Notes: generated by a model not told the origin, from the sequence alone. Shown: positions 10,559 to 21,135, counted from the first letter of the stretch. The stretch is DNA of 64,000 bases from an uncultured Pseudomonadota bacterium (GCA_963847705.1 CAWKBC010000032.1:32001-96000); one strand, 5' to 3'. Numbers and translations are program-made.

Positions 10559-10630
10559 TTAGCGTCCTTTTTCCTGTCTTCGGCGCGCCTCGACGGCGCG
10601 CAGCACCACCGCTCGCCGCGTCTTGCTCGC

Positions 10631-10870
10631 TTACTTGGCGTGCGACTTGATGTAGTTGATGGCGTCCCCGACGGTCTTGATCTTCTCGGTGTCCTCGTCC
10701 GGGATCTCGAGCTTGAACTGCTCCTCGAGCGCCAGCACCAGCTCGACGACCGCCAGCGAGTCCGCCTTGAGGTCCTCGGCGAAGGAAGCCTCGGGCTTGA
10801 TCTTGTCGGGCGCCACCTCGAGCTGCTCGATGATGATCTTCTTGACCCTCTCTGCGATGTCGTCTGCCAT
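10631..10870 (-). CDS. acpP: Acyl carrier protein
   Basis: [12 protein letters not shown] phosphopantetheine site; lies between fabG and fabF. Confidence 0.97.
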   Translation of the reverse strand: MADDIAERVKKIIIEQLEVAPDKIKPEASFAEDLKADSLAVVELVLALEEQFKLEIPDEDTEKIKTVGDAINYIKSHAK

Positions 10871-10949
10871 GTTGTTTCTTATCCTCTCGATGACGTGTTT
10901 CTGGTTCGCAATCCGGATTCGCAAACCCGGTTTCGGAAAGGCGCGTACC

Positions 10950-11702
10950 TTACATTAAAAGTCCGCCGTTGACCCGTAAGACTTGCCCCGTGACATAGGC
11001 TGCGCCGGGGCCCGCCAGATAGGCGACGGCGGCCGCCACGTCGTCGGGTGTCCCCACGCGTCCAAGCGGAATCGTCTTCATGAGCTCCTCGCGGCGCGCG
11101 GGGGGCAGCTCGCTGGCGGTCATGTCGGTTTCGATGTAGCCGGGCGAGACCGCGTTGCAAGTGACGCCGCGCGAGGCGTACTCCTTGGCCAGCGTCTTCG
11201 TCAACCCGATGACCCCGGCCTTGGCGGCGACGTAGGGCGCCTGACCAGCCGAGCCCCCCTCCCCCGTGATCGACGTGATGTTGATGATGCGGCCCGCCTC
11301 GCGCGCCTTCATCAGCGCGCGCAGCGCCGCCCGGCAGCAGTGATAGGTGCCGCTCAGATTCACGTCGAGTGACCGCTTCCAGTCGGCGTCCTTGCCCCCG
11401 AGCACCAGCCCGTTGACGGCGATGCCGGCGTTGTTGACCAGGATGTGCAGCGCCCCCTCGGCGGCGATGAGCTCCTTGAAGGCGGCGTCGACCGCGGCAG
11501 AGTCGGCCACGTCGAATCGCTTGGCGGCCGCCGTCCCACCGGCGGCGACGACGGCGGCCACGGCCTCCGCGGCGGCCGTCTCGTTGGACGTGTAGTTGAC
11601 GATGACCTTGGCGCCTGCGCGCCCCAGCGCGACGGCGATGGCGCGCCCGATCCCGCGAGATCCGCCGGTGACGACCGCGATCTTCCCCTCGAGCTCACGC
11701 AT
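10950..11702 (-). CDS. fabG: 3-oxoacyl-ACP reductase
   Basis: [12 protein letters not shown] and YVAAK SDR motifs; operon context. Confidence 0.93.
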   Translation of the reverse strand: MRELEGKIAVVTGGSRGIGRAIAVALGRAGAKVIVNYTSNETAAAEAVAAVVAAGGTAAAKRFDVADSAAVDAAFKELIAAEGALHILVNNAGIAVNGLVLGGKDADWKRSLDVNLSGTYHCCRAALRALMKAREAGRIINITSITGEGGSAGQAPYVAAKAGVIGLTKTLAKEYASRGVTCNAVSPGYIETDMTASELPPARREELMKTIPLGRVGTPDDVAAAVAYLAGPGAAYVTGQVLRVNGGLLM

Positions 11703-12663
11703 TTGCACGATCCTCCCCCGCATCGGCCGCCAGTGCCAGGACAGCGTCTGGATCGCCCGCCGATGCCGTCGTGATGGCCGGCGCGATCCGCCGGACGAGC
11801 CCCGCCAGGACGTTCCCTGCGCCGACCTCGATGGCGCGCGTCACGCCCATCGACGAGAGGCGCTCGATTGACTCTTCCCAGCGCACCGGCGCCGTCACCT
11901 GGCGGATGAGGAGCTCGCGCACGCGCGTCGGGTCCTGGTTGGGCGCCGCCTCGACGTTGGTCACCACCGGCACCTCGGAGGGAGCGATCTCGACGCGCGC
12001 CAGCTCGGCCGCCAACCTGTCGGCGGCCGGCTGCATGAGCGCGCAATGAAACGGGGCGCTCACCGCGAGCGGGACGGCGCGCTTGGCGCCGCGGGCCTTG
12101 GCGCCGGCACAGGCCCGCTCGACCGCCGCCTTGTGACCGGCGATCACCACCTGGCCGCCTCCGTTCAGGTTGGCGGGGCTCACCACCTCGGCGCCAGCCG
12201 CCTCGCGGCAGGCGGCGGCCACCTCCTCGGCGCCGAGCCCCAGGATGGCGGCCATGGCGCCGACCCCGGGCGGAACGGCCTCTTGCATGAACTTCCCGCG
12301 CAGGTGAACCAGCCGAACCGCGTCGGCGAACCGCAACGCCCCCGTGGCCACCAGCGCGCTGTACTCGCCGAGCGAGTGCCCCGCCACGGCGATCGGAGCC
12401 ACCGCCGTGTGAGCGCGAAGGAATCCCAGCGCCGCGATGCTGACGGTCAAGATTGCCGGCTGCGCGTTGGCGGTCGAGGTGAGCTCCGCCTCCGGCCCTT
12501 CGAAGCAGATCTTGGAGAGCGCGTAGCCGAGCACGGCATCGGCCTCCGCGAAGAGGGCCCGCGCCCCCGCGTCCGCGTCGTGGAGCGCGCGGCCCATCCC
12601 GACCTTCTGGGAGCCCTGGCCGGGGAAAAGCAGCGCGGTCGCCGGCGACGAGGCCGCCTTCAC
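11695..12663 (-). CDS. fabD: Malonyl-CoA:ACP transacylase
   Basis: FPGQGSQ, GHSLGEY and VSAPFH motifs; GTG start overlaps the fabH stop. Confidence 0.96.
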   Translation of the reverse strand: MKAASSPATALLFPGQGSQKVGMGRALHDADAGARALFAEADAVLGYALSKICFEGPEAELTSTANAQPAILTVSIAALGFLRAHTAVAPIAVAGHSLGEYSALVATGALRFADAVRLVHLRGKFMQEAVPPGVGAMAAILGLGAEEVAAACREAAGAEVVSPANLNGGGQVVIAGHKAAVERACAGAKARGAKRAVPLAVSAPFHCALMQPAADRLAAELARVEIAPSEVPVVTNVEAAPNQDPTRVRELLIRQVTAPVRWEESIERLSSMGVTRAIEVGAGNVLAGLVRRIAPAITTASAGDPDAVLALAADAGEDRANA

Positions 12664-13649
12664 CACCGGACCGCCGCCGAGGCCCAGGCGAGACCGCCGC
12701 CCAGCGCCGCGAAGATCAGCAGATCGTTCGGCTTGAGCTTCCCCTGCTCGATCGCCTCGTCGAGCGCCGTCGGCACCGAGGCCGAGGAGGTGTTGCCGTA
12801 CCGATCCACGTTGGTGAAGAAGCGGGACATCGGGATCCCCACCCGGTCGGAGACCCCCTCGAGGATCCGGAGGTTCGCCTGGTGCGCGATCACCCAGGCG
12901 ACGTCGTCGGGCGAGTAGCCATTGGCCTCCAGCGCCGTGCGCGCGCAGGCCGCCATGTTGCGCACGGCGTGCTTGTAGACCTCGCGCCCGTTCATCTGGA
13001 CGTACTGGCGCTTGGCGGCGACGGCCTCCGGGGTCACGGGCTCGCGGCTGCCGCCGACCGGCTGCCACAAGATCTCGGCCTGGCTGCCGTCGGCGAAGAG
13101 GTGCGTCGAGAGGAGCCGCCCGGCGCTGGTGTCGTCACCCGCCGTCATCAGGACAGCGCCGGCGGCGTCGCCGAAGAGCACGCAGGTCGAGCGATCGGTC
13201 CAGTCGACAATGCGGGAGAGCACCTCGACCCCGATCACCAGCACGTTCTTGAACTGCCCGATGCGGATGAAGGCGTCGGCGATCGACATCCCGTAGAGAA
13301 AACCGGCGCAGGCCGCCGAGAGATCGAAGGCGCAGCTGCCGGAGGGCGCGCCCAGCTTCTTCTGCACGAAGGTGGCGGTGGCCGGAAAGGGGCAGTCGCC
13401 GGTGACGGTCCCCACGATGATGCAGTCGACGGCCGAGGGATCGACGCCCGCCTTGCGGCAGGCCTGCCGCCCCGCCTCGGCCGCCAGATCGCTGGCCGCC
13501 TGCGAGGGATCCAGGATGTGGCGCTCGCGGATGCCGGTGCGCTCGACGATCCAGGCGTCAGAGGTGTCGACCATGCGCGATAGGTCGTCGTTGGTCAGGA
13601 TCTTGGGGGGAACCGCCCGACCGGTCCCCACGATGCGGCTGCGGATCAC
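12660..13649 (-). CDS. fabH: 3-oxoacyl-ACP synthase III
   Basis: AACAGF, HQANLRI and GNTSSAS motifs; GTGA overlap with plsX. Confidence 0.96.
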   Translation of the reverse strand: MIRSRIVGTGRAVPPKILTNDDLSRMVDTSDAWIVERTGIRERHILDPSQAASDLAAEAGRQACRKAGVDPSAVDCIIVGTVTGDCPFPATATFVQKKLGAPSGSCAFDLSAACAGFLYGMSIADAFIRIGQFKNVLVIGVEVLSRIVDWTDRSTCVLFGDAAGAVLMTAGDDTSAGRLLSTHLFADGSQAEILWQPVGGSREPVTPEAVAAKRQYVQMNGREVYKHAVRNMAACARTALEANGYSPDDVAWVIAHQANLRILEGVSDRVGIPMSRFFTNVDRYGNTSSASVPTALDEAIEQGKLKPNDLLIFAALGGGLAWASAAVRW

Positions 13650-14710
13650 GAGATGGCCTCCGCGCCCGGCGGCGAAGCGGCGGCCGCCTCCGCCAGAAAG
13701 GCGTGGCGCGCGACCGCGGCCGACAGCTCCTTGCCAAGACCGATCTGCGCGAAGCGATCGGCAACATAGACGGCGTTTTGCATGGCGGTCGCGTTCGAGC
13801 CTCCGTGACAGATGAGCGCGATCCCGTCGACGCCGAGGAGCGGCGCGCCGCCATGTTCGGCGTAGTCGGTCCGCTTGCGGAGCCGCTTGAGCGCCCCGGT
13901 CATCAACGCCGCGCCGATCTTGGCCAGGACGCCGGAGCGCGAAACCTCTTCCTTGACGATCCCCAGCATCGTCTCCGCGGCACCCTCCACGCACTTGAGC
14001 AAGACGTTGCCGGTGAACCCATCGGTCACCACCACGTCGACCTGCCCCTCGAAGATGTCGCGCCCCTCGACGTAGCCGACGTAGCTGAAGTCGGGGTTGC
14101 TGGCCGGGATGCGCGCCAGGATCTGATGCGCTTCGCGGGTCAGCGGCGTCCCCTTGTGCTCTTCGGAGCCGTTCGAGAGGAGACCCACCTTGGGGCGTGT
14201 CTTGCCGTGCAAGAGCCGCGCGTAGACCGATCCCAGGACCCCGAACTGGGCCAGCACCGCCGGCTTGGGATCGACGTTGGCCCCCATGTCGAGGAGAGCG
14301 CACTCGCCGGCCCGCGTGGGGAAGGTGGTCACGATCGCCGGCCGCTCCACCCCGGGCAGCCGTCCCAGCACGAACAGGCCACAGGCCATCATCGCGCCTG
14401 AATTGCCGGCCGAGACGACCGCGTCGGCCTCGCCGGACTTCACCAGATCGAAGCAGACCCGCATCGACGACTTCTTCTTCTGCTTCACCGCCATCGACGG
14501 CGGATCGTGCATGGTGATCACGTCGGGCGCGTGGCGCACGACGATGCGCGCCGCCTCGGCGCCGAGCCCCTTCAGCTCGGCCCGCAGGCGCGCCTCGTCA
14601 CCGACCAGGACGACGTCGATTCCGCGCGCGCGCACGGCGGCCACGACGCCCTCGACCTCGACACGAGGTGCGGCGTCGGACCCCATGGCGTCGACGGCAA
14701 TGCGCGGCAT
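13646..14710 (-). CDS. plsX: Phosphate acyltransferase PlsX
   Basis: IAVDAMGSD, SAGNSGA and DGFTGN motifs. Confidence 0.96.
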   Translation of the reverse strand: MPRIAVDAMGSDAAPRVEVEGVVAAVRARGIDVVLVGDEARLRAELKGLGAEAARIVVRHAPDVITMHDPPSMAVKQKKKSSMRVCFDLVKSGEADAVVSAGNSGAMMACGLFVLGRLPGVERPAIVTTFPTRAGECALLDMGANVDPKPAVLAQFGVLGSVYARLLHGKTRPKVGLLSNGSEEHKGTPLTREAHQILARIPASNPDFSYVGYVEGRDIFEGQVDVVVTDGFTGNVLLKCVEGAAETMLGIVKEEVSRSGVLAKIGAALMTGALKRLRKRTDYAEHGGAPLLGVDGIALICHGGSNATAMQNAVYVADRFAQIGLGKELSAAVARHAFLAEAAAASPPGAEAIS

Positions 14711-14749
14711 GTTCGCGGCCCTATAGAATGTGGCCGCTCGCTCCCAGAC

Positions 14750-14944
14750 TCACGCCTGCTCTTCTTCCTTCGGCGCGATCACCAGCCGGTCGCGGTAGTA
14801 GCCGCAACCCGCGCACATCCGGTGGGTGCGCTTCGGTTCGCCGCAACGCGGGCAGGGAACGAAGTTCGGCACCGGCTTCTTCATCACCTGCGCGCGCCGG
14901 ATCGCGGAGCGGGATTTGGACTGTCTTCTCTTCGGAACGGCCAT
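14750..14944 (-). CDS. rpmF: 50S ribosomal protein L32 (Zn-binding type)
   Basis: MAVPKRRQSKSR N-terminus; CPRC and CAGCGYY. Confidence 0.97.
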   Translation of the reverse strand: MAVPKRRQSKSRSAIRRAQVMKKPVPNFVPCPRCGEPKRTHRMCAGCGYYRDRLVIAPKEEEQA

Positions 14945-14968
14945 GGGTCGAAACCTTTCTTAATGTGC

Positions 14969-15493
14969 CTACTGGGAGTTGGAAAGTTTCAGCTTGCCGA
15001 GCGCGGCGAACGTGCCCCCCGCCGCGACGTCGGTCTTGCAGGCGCAAGCGGTGAGGTTGCGGTTGCCGCCGCAAACGGTGCAGAGCCCGCGACAAGCTTC
15101 CTTGCACAGCGGATTGATGGGCAGGGCCAGCAGGATCTCGTCGCGAATTTCGTCGCCCACGTCGATCTCGTTGCCCAAAAAAGCAATCACGTCGGGGTCC
15201 TCGTCGTCCCCCGTCTTGTTGGCCTCGGCCGAAACGAAGGTGACCACCAGCGGCACGTTGAGGCCGACCTGGGCCGGCTCCAGGCAGCGGGCACAGGTCG
15301 TCTCGATCTGTCCCTGCAGGCTGGCGCGCAGCAGGTAGTCCTCACCCATTTTTTCGAGCCGGCCGCGCAGGGCCAAGCCCTTCGGTCCTGGGTGGGCATC
15401 CAGATCGGGGCACGCGGCGGCCATCCAATCGGATGTCACCGGCACGCTCAGCGGAAGCCCTTCAGCTCCGATCTCGTTGATTTTAAACCGCAT
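14969..15493 (-). CDS. yceD: DUF177/YceD family protein
   Basis: CARCLEP and PLCKEACRGLCTVCG; conserved position upstream of rpmF. Confidence 0.92.
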   Translation of the reverse strand: MRFKINEIGAEGLPLSVPVTSDWMAAACPDLDAHPGPKGLALRGRLEKMGEDYLLRASLQGQIETTCARCLEPAQVGLNVPLVVTFVSAEANKTGDDEDPDVIAFLGNEIDVGDEIRDEILLALPINPLCKEACRGLCTVCGGNRNLTACACKTDVAAGGTFAALGKLKLSNSQ

Positions 15494-15536
15494 TTTGAGC
15501 GACACGTCACCCGGAGGTGGGTCGAAAAGGTGAGTT

Positions 15537-15564
15537 ACTATAGGAAGGAGGCCCCCGGAGTCAA
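15537..15564 (-). promoter_or_regulatory. Sigma70-type promoter for the yceD-rpmF-plsX-fab cluster
   Basis: TTGACT-N16-TATAGT on the minus strand, ~45 nt upstream of the yceD ATG. Confidence 0.6.
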
Positions 15565-15632
15565 GCCGAGCGGCTTGGCGCAAGGCAGCAACCCCCAGAC
15601 TTCAGCTCGCTTCTTCCGCTTGCTCCGGGACC

Positions 15633-17178
15633 TTACTTGGAGGCAGCCCCCGCGGCGGCGCCCCCGCCGACCAGCAACAGCGACTTCAGAATCCTCGTCG
15701 TTGAAGCGGAGTTGCAGGCCCAGGAACCAGTCAAAGCCGCCGCCGGTCCCGGCTTCGCCGCGGTGGTAGTTGAGGAGATCGTCCGCGCCGGCCACCGCGT
15801 AGAAGGTCTTGTTCCAGAGCTCCCCGGCGACGGCCACCTTGACGCGAGGATTCTGGCCCACCGTCGACTGGGCGAAGCCGAAGACGTCGGCGGACAGCTC
15901 GAGCTTGTCGTCGAACAGGTAGAGATCGCCGCCCACGCCGCCGGTCGACTCCTTGATCCCGAAGCGCCCCGCGACCGTCGCCCCTCCGAAGCTGATCCGC
16001 TTGCCGAACATCAACGAGAACCGCAGGGCGTCGGAGGTGGTGGTGGTGATGTCACTGACGAAGCCATTCGTCGAGCTGTGCGACGCGGTGAGAACCGTGT
16101 TCGAGTAGCCGCGCGGATCCTCGATGAGCTCGATCAGGTAGAACTTGTCTGGCCGGGGCATGATCTGCACCGACAGATAGTTCTTCAGCGTGTTGGAGAG
16201 GATGTTGTACTCGGTGCGCAGCCCGACGATGGTCTGCAGCTTGGTGACGCTGCGGATGAAGCCGCTGGCGTTCTCGGTGATGTCCTCGACGTTGCGCGCG
16301 ATGGTGTCGTCGTTGAGGATGTGTCCGACCGTCCCGTCGCCCTTGTCGATTCGTTCGGTGATCGCCTCGATGTTCTTCATCGACTTGTCGAGGTTGTCGA
16401 GCGTGTTCTGAAGCCGATCGATCGAGCCTTGCATCTTGTTTCCGGTCCCCGCGATTTGCCCCTGCGTGGTCCCCACCAGCGACTTGATCGAATCGGTGAT
16501 GTCGCGGACGTTCTTGATCGACGCCTTGACGTCGCCCGCCTCGGTCGAGGTCACCCCCTCGACGTTGGCGGCGATGGTGTCGACCCGCTCCAGGAGGCGC
16601 CCCAGCGTGTCGGCGTTGCTCTCGATCAGCTTGTTGATGTTGTCGGCGATGTCGGTGATGGTCCCCGAGGTCAGCTTGCGGACGTCCGCCAGGATGTCGT
16701 GCAGGATCGGCAGCAGCGTGCCGACATCGTCCATGATGTCGCCCATCGCCGTCGGCTCGCGGATGTTCTTGATCTGGTCACCATCCACCAGGACCCGCAT
16801 CTTCTGCTTCTGCCCGTTGACCAGGCCGTAGGGCGACCCGGGATCGACCTCCAAGAAATATTCGCCCAGCAGCGAGGCCGACTTCTTGGAGACCAGGGCG
16901 TTCTCATAGAGCGTGATGCCCGGGAGCATCTTGATGGTGATCTTGGCCTTGGCCGTCTCGGGATCGAGCTTGCGCTCGCCGATCTCGCCGACCGAGATGC
17001 CGGCGGTCTGCACCCGCGACTTCTCGAACAGCCCCGAGGCGTCGCGAAACAGCCCCCAGACGGCGATGCCGCGCGAGCCGGAGTTGTGCTCGGAGGTCGA
17101 GCGCACCAGGATGTAGCTGAGGACGCCCACGATCAACACCAAGAGGCCGACCGTCACCGACGCCCAGCTGCGCCTCAC
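15633..17178 (-). CDS. mlaD: MCE/MlaD-family protein with long helical region; +1 frameshift at ~15690
   Basis: N-terminal TM, MCE motif ASGLFEKSRV..AGISVG and SLLGEYFLEV. Removing one base restores the end FNDEDLKSLLLVGGGAAAGAASK* with TAA at 15633-15635. Confidence 0.85.
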
Positions 17179-18041
17179 GCGTGCGCTCCCGATCCGGGCG
17201 TGCCGGGCGTGCTGGGCGCAACCAGCCCCGAGGTCTCCACGAACTCGCGCAGCTCCGGCTGCTGGCTCACCAGCACCTCGGCGGGCGTGCCGCTCACGAT
17301 GATCTTGCCGCCGGCCAGCATGGAGATGCGATCGCCGATCCGGAAGGTGGAGGCCATGTCGTGCGAGATCACCACCGAGGTGACGCCGAACTCGTCGGCG
17401 GTGCGGCGGATCATCTCGTCGACGTTCTTGGTGGCCACCGGATCGAGCCCGGTCGTCGGCTCGTCGTAGAGCAGGATCTCCGGGCGGTCGATGAGGGCGC
17501 GCGCCAGACCGACCCGCTTGCGCTGGCCACCCGACAGCTCGGGCGGAAACTTCTGTTCGATGCCTCCCACGTTCTCCAGATCGAGCCGCTTCAACAGGTC
17601 GCGCACCCGCTCCATCACCTCCGCGCGCGGAAGGTTGTAGCGCTCGAGCAGCGGGAAGGCGATGTTCTCCACGACATTCATCGAATCGAACAGCGCCGCG
17701 TACTGGAACACCATCCCGTACTTCCGCCGCAGCGTCCTCATTTCCTGATCGCCGAACGGCACCACGTCGACGCCGTCGACCCAGATCTGGCCGGCGTCGG
17801 GCTTGAGCAGCCCCATGAGGTGCTTCATCAGCACCGACTTCCCCTGCCCCGAGCCGCCGATGATGATGTTGGTGCGGCCGCGCTCGATGTCGAGATCGAC
17901 GCCGCGGAGCACGTGCTGCGGCGGGAAGCTCTTGTGCAGCCCGCGGACGCGAATCTGCCAGCGCTCATCGCGCCGGGCGAACTCGCCCCCGCCCGCGGAC
18001 GGATCGACGACGGCCGGAACAGTGGCGTGCTGCGCGTTCAC
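17175..18041 (-). CDS. mlaF: ABC transporter ATPase, MlaF/Mkl family
   Basis: GGSGQGKS, LSGGQRKRV and YDEPTTGLDP motifs. Confidence 0.9.
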   Translation of the reverse strand: MNAQHATVPAVVDPSAGGGEFARRDERWQIRVRGLHKSFPPQHVLRGVDLDIERGRTNIIIGGSGQGKSVLMKHLMGLLKPDAGQIWVDGVDVVPFGDQEMRTLRRKYGMVFQYAALFDSMNVVENIAFPLLERYNLPRAEVMERVRDLLKRLDLENVGGIEQKFPPELSGGQRKRVGLARALIDRPEILLYDEPTTGLDPVATKNVDEMIRRTADEFGVTSVVISHDMASTFRIGDRISMLAGGKIIVSGTPAEVLVSQQPELREFVETSGLVAPSTPGTPGSGAHA

Positions 18042-18889
18042 GATTGATAGGGCCAAAGGATGTGGAAGATATCGATCAAGAAATAATCGGACACCAGAAC
18101 CGAGACCGAGCCTGCAACCACTGCCCTCGTCGTTGCAAGCCCCACTTCCTTGGCGCCGCCCCGGACATTGAACCCCTGGAAGCAGGCCGCCACCGAGAGC
18201 GTCACGCCGAAGACCGCCGCCTTGGTGGCGCCGATGATGTAGTCCTTGGGGTCGGTCCAGTACTTGAATTGCTCCAGGAACTGGCCGAGATCGATGTGCT
18301 CCAGGAAGATCGAATAGAGATAGGCGCCGATGAGGCCCACGATGTTGAACACCATCGTCATGATCGGCATCATGAAAACCGAAGCGACGATCCGGGGCGT
18401 GACCAGGTATTGAACCGGATCGACCGCGAAGGTGGTGAGCGCGTCGATCTGCTCGGTGATCCGCATCGACCCCAGCTCGGTCGCCATCCCCGAGCCGGCG
18501 CGGGCAGTGATCATGAGCGCCGTGAAGACTGGCGCCAGCTCCTGGGCCAGCGACAGACCGACGGTGGCCCCCACGAAGCGTTCCTGGTTGAAAATGCGCA
18601 GCGCGCTGATCGCCTGCTGGGCCGAGACGGCGCCCGAGAAGAACCCCACCAGGCAGATGATGGGGAGCGACCCCACCCCGACGAACTGCATCTGGTCGAG
18701 GAACAGCTTCAGCCGGAAGGGCTTCCGGAAGAGGCCGGCCATCGCGTTCCCGAGCAAGAGCGTGTGGTCCCCGAAGTAGGTCAGGATCGACCGCAGCGGG
18801 GCGTACGCCGCCTCCAGCAGCGCGGCGCCGACGCCCGGCTGGGCCGCCGCCCCTCCGTCGGGGGGATCGACCGTCGACGCCGCGCTCAT
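18038..18889 (-). CDS. mlaE: MlaE permease
   Basis: ELAPVFTAL..RAGSGMATELGSMRITEQIDAL; GAKEVGLATTRAVV. Confidence 0.93.
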   Translation of the reverse strand: MSAASTVDPPDGGAAAQPGVGAALLEAAYAPLRSILTYFGDHTLLLGNAMAGLFRKPFRLKLFLDQMQFVGVGSLPIICLVGFFSGAVSAQQAISALRIFNQERFVGATVGLSLAQELAPVFTALMITARAGSGMATELGSMRITEQIDALTTFAVDPVQYLVTPRIVASVFMMPIMTMVFNIVGLIGAYLYSIFLEHIDLGQFLEQFKYWTDPKDYIIGATKAAVFGVTLSVAACFQGFNVRGGAKEVGLATTRAVVAGSVSVLVSDYFLIDIFHILWPYQS

Positions 18890-20106
18890 CGCGCGCCCGT
18901 CGGGGCACCGCAGATGATCGCAGCGTCACGAAGAACGCGCGGCACCCGTTTCGAGATCCCGCAGAGGATCTCGTAACTGACCGTTCCCGCCCAGCGCGCC
19001 AGGTGGTCGACCGTGATCTCCTCGGCGCCGTCGCGGCCGATCAGCGTCACTGGCCCCTCCAGCGCCGAGGCGGGCAGATCGGTCACGTCGATCATCATCA
19101 TGTCCATACATACCGCGCCCACGATCGGAACGCGCTGCCCGGCGAGCAACACCTCGGCGCCGCGGACGTGGCGCGGGTAACCGTCGGCGTAACCGACCGG
19201 CAGCGTCGCCACCCGAGACGGGCGCGCCGCGCGCCAGAGCGCGCCGTAGCTGACCCCGACCCCGACCGCGACGTCGCGCACCGCCATGACGCGCGTGCGC
19301 AAGGCCAGCGCCCCCTCCAGCCCCGGCAGGGCCACGCGCTCGGAGGGCATCGCGCCGTACAGCGCCAGCCCGGGCCTGACCGCATCGAGGCGCGCCAGCG
19401 GGAAGCGAACCGCCGCCGCGCTGTTGGCGGCGTGGTTGACGAGACCCTGGAAGCCGAGCTGCGCGGCCCGCTCCAGCCCCTTGCCGAACTGGGCCAGCGC
19501 CGCCTCGGTGCTGCCGGCGTCGGCCAGATCGGCCGAGCCAAAGTGGGTGCAGATCCCCGCCAGGCGCAGGGCCGGGAGCTCGGCCAGGCGCGCCAGCATC
19601 GCCTCGAGATCGGCCGGAGCGATCCCCAGGCGGCTCATTCCGGTGTCGATCTTGACGTGCACGTCGGCCCGACGCCCCCGGCGCGCGGCGGCCGCGGCGA
19701 ACTTCTCGAGCTCCCCGCGATCGTAGACGACGGGCGTCAAGCGCTCGGCCAGGACTTCGTCTTGATGACGGTTGTAGTAGGCGCCGAGCACGAGGATGGG
19801 GGCGCGGATCCCTGCCGCGCGCAGTTCCAGACCCTCTTCGACCAGAGAGACCGCCAGGGCGTTGCACAGCGGCTCGAGCGCACGCGCCACCGGTACGGCG
19901 CCGTGCCCGTAGGCGTCAGCCTTGACGACGCCGAACAGGCGGACCCCCGGCCCGACGAGCTGCCGCAGACGCGCCTGATTCCGCTGCACGGCACCGAGAT
20001 CGATCTCGGCGACCGTGGGACGAATGGAGGTGCGAATGTCGACTTCGGCGAACGGGACGCGTATCCCTTCCGCCGCAGCCCCACCGACTTTGGGTTGGCT
20101 GGCCAA
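18886..20106 (-). CDS. alr: Alanine racemase (start uncertain)
   Basis: VVKADAYGHG PLP motif, KIDTGMSRLG, GYADG and CMD. Confidence 0.95.
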   Translation of the reverse strand: MASQPKVGGAAAEGIRVPFAEVDIRTSIRPTVAEIDLGAVQRNQARLRQLVGPGVRLFGVVKADAYGHGAVPVARALEPLCNALAVSLVEEGLELRAAGIRAPILVLGAYYNRHQDEVLAERLTPVVYDRGELEKFAAAAARRGRRADVHVKIDTGMSRLGIAPADLEAMLARLAELPALRLAGICTHFGSADLADAGSTEAALAQFGKGLERAAQLGFQGLVNHAANSAAAVRFPLARLDAVRPGLALYGAMPSERVALPGLEGALALRTRVMAVRDVAVGVGVSYGALWRAARPSRVATLPVGYADGYPRHVRGAEVLLAGQRVPIVGAVCMDMMMIDVTDLPASALEGPVTLIGRDGAEEITVDHLARWAGTVSYEILCGISKRVPRVLRDAAIICGAPTGAR

Positions 20107-20115
20107 TCCCTGCAA

Positions 20116-20144
20116 AGTTTCACCCGCGCTCGACGCAGCGTCAA
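20116..20144 (-). promoter_or_regulatory. Possible sigma70-type promoter for alr-mlaEFD
   Basis: TTGACG-N17-GAAACT. Confidence 0.35.
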
Positions 20145-20196
20145 TTCTTGCCGTGCGTTTCGAAGCTCGGCCACACGCCGAGCGCGACCGCGCCCC

Positions 20197-20943
20197 TCAG
20201 GCGGCGGTTTCGACGAGCCGCCTGCTCACCAGCAGGGAGCGTCCGCGCGGCGTGAGCAGTCCTTGACGGACCAGCTCCGAGACGGTGCGCGAAACCGTCT
20301 CCCGACAGGCGCCGATCTGATTGGCCAGCTCCTGCTGGGTCGGTCGGTTGCGGATCAGCAAGCCCTCCGGCCCAGCCGTCCCATCCTGGCGGCCGATGGC
20401 GACCAGGCGCGAGACGACGCGTTCCTGCACGCCGGCCAGCGCCAGCCCGGTCGCCAGCTGCTTCGACCGCTCGAGCCGGGCCACCAGGTCAGCCCCCAGC
20501 GCCAGCGCCATCTCGGGCGTCGCCCGCAGACAGGCCAGAAAGGGCTCGCGGGGGATGATGAGGAGCGTCGAGGCCTCGACCGCCTCCCAGTCGTGTGCGA
20601 GCGGCGTCTCCGGCGCCAGCGCCCCATCGGCGATCAAGTCACCTGCGCGAAAGATCTCCATGGAGATCTCCCGGCCGTTGACGGCGCGGCAGACCGCGCG
20701 AACCTTCCCCCGCACCACGGCGACGGCGACGTCGAGCCGCCCTCCTTGAGGTGCGATGTTCGCGCCCCGTCCGACCGCCCGCAGGGTGGCGTCCCGCGCG
20801 AGAAGTCGGAGCGCCTCCGCCGGTGCCCGCTCGAGCTGCGGGCAGGCCTTGAGCGCCTCCATGATGGGTGCGTCGGCCGGGACGGCCGGCCTCATCAATT
20901 TGCCGAACGAATCGAAATCGAGTGTTGCTGGTGCGATGGCCAT
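20197..20943 (-). CDS. Crp/Fnr family transcriptional regulator
   Basis: cNMP-binding-like N-domain; HTH TQQELANQIGACRETVSR; RBS AAGGAGG. Confidence 0.9.
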   Translation of the reverse strand: MAIAPATLDFDSFGKLMRPAVPADAPIMEALKACPQLERAPAEALRLLARDATLRAVGRGANIAPQGGRLDVAVAVVRGKVRAVCRAVNGREISMEIFRAGDLIADGALAPETPLAHDWEAVEASTLLIIPREPFLACLRATPEMALALGADLVARLERSKQLATGLALAGVQERVVSRLVAIGRQDGTAGPEGLLIRNRPTQQELANQIGACRETVSRTVSELVRQGLLTPRGRSLLVSRRLVETAA

Positions 20944-20975
20944 GCGCGCCTCCTTAGGCTTGGCCGCATCTCCAT

Positions 20976-20992
20976 CGCAACGGCGGTGCCAA
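20976..20992 (-). promoter_or_regulatory. Sigma54 (-24/-12) promoter of the Crp/Fnr gene
   Basis: TTGGCACCGCCGTTGCG, with exact GG-N10-GC spacing. Confidence 0.7.
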
Positions 20993-21135
20993 CGCCACAG
21001 GCGCGAAACCACTAGGGATTTTTCGAAAGCGCCCGGGCCGGCTCGGTGTGACGTGGCGCGCACGCCACACCGGCCGTGAAAAATCCGGGCCCTCGAAGCC
21101 CCCCTGGGCGTCCATCGAGCCCCCGGGGCGCCCGA

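Noticed and set aside
9317-14710. Possible type II PKS cluster
   Set aside because: Gene order and motifs are those of the standard primary fatty acid synthesis operon.
20197-20943. Crp gene as mrpC
   Set aside because: Same family, but the RETVSR helix and the gene context (no mrpAB) do not support orthology.
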